Shown: one piece after another, positions 63,645 through 64,000 of the stretch
Numbering within the stretch: position 1 is the first letter of the stretch
Layout: the number at the start of each line of letters is the position of its first letter
Assembly: GCA_918797485.1 (NCBI GenBank)
Contig: CAKKNE010000005.1
Location: 2,852,001 to 2,916,000 of the forward strand
Reading direction: 5' to 3'
Length of the DNA stretch: 64,000 nt
DNA from: Pelagomonas calceolata
Taxonomy: Eukaryota
Program-made: the position numbers and the translations under genes
The notes under the pieces: generated by a model
Told to the model about the DNA's origin: nothing
Databases searched by the model: none
Seen by the model: the letters and a program-made list of their open reading frames with translations, nothing else

Positions 63645-64000
63645 CTGGTTCCGATTTTTTTTTTTTGTTTTTTTCAGAATTATCTGACAGAGAGAGCAGC
63701 GGACGACGCATCGATGCAATTGTCGTGGATGTAAGTAGCAGCCGTCGCATGCGATGCAGGCGCCGTGGAGGGCAACATCCCTTTTCTGCTTCGCATGTCT
63801 GGGTATCTTAGTGGCACGGGGTCTGGCAAACATGGTTCCTAGTGGCTAAAAGACCGCTAGGCGTCTACCCCCCTACTAAGCCCTACGTATGCATACACGC
63901 ACGCGGGAGCGATCCCATAAGTACGCATGTAGGGGTACGAGTTTGGACATACGTACGTATGGCAGGCCCTGTTTCCGGCCCCGCCAAGGCAATTTTGTCT

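Noticed and set aside
63860..64000. Imperfect inverted repeats (CCCTACGTATGC / GCATGTAGGG) near the window end
   Set aside because: Short, imperfect and truncated by the window edge; cannot be assigned

Overview
This is GC-rich, gene-dense eukaryotic nuclear DNA. The gene style, the plastid-type presequences and the introner elements with 8-bp target-site duplications (TSDs) and terminal inverted repeats (TIRs) point to a pelagophyte alga such as Pelagomonas or Aureococcus (inference). About 38 protein-coding loci are present. Recognisable ones include cytidine deaminase-like, SET-domain protein, SPPL protease, ribokinase, ZIP transporter, DDX3/Ded1, CLASP-like, homoserine kinase, eIF3d, M19 dipeptidase, FG nucleoporin, BK-type K+ channel, RPS3A, P4-ATPase, mitochondrial MDH and FabD. 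The standout is two interrupted U6 snRNA genes. The first (55350-55542) carries a 59-nt GT-AG spliceosomal intron plus a 23-nt hairpin insert. The second (63458-63644) carries three 22-31 nt non-GT-AG inserts, one of which splits the catalytic AGC triad. All four short inserts share one layout (1 nt + hairpin + 6 nt), and three fit a bulge-helix-bulge-like geometry. This suggests tRNA-endonuclease-type introns in a spliceosomal RNA (hypothesis, untested). Other notable features are a decay series of introner elements sharing the motif ACGCCATCGACGCG, an ATGA stop/start overlap that suggests a bicistronic locus, a recurrent intergenic CTAGCG-N3-5-GTAAGACACTAG element, and a dispersed 90-bp repeat. 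All calls were made by eye; no searches were run.
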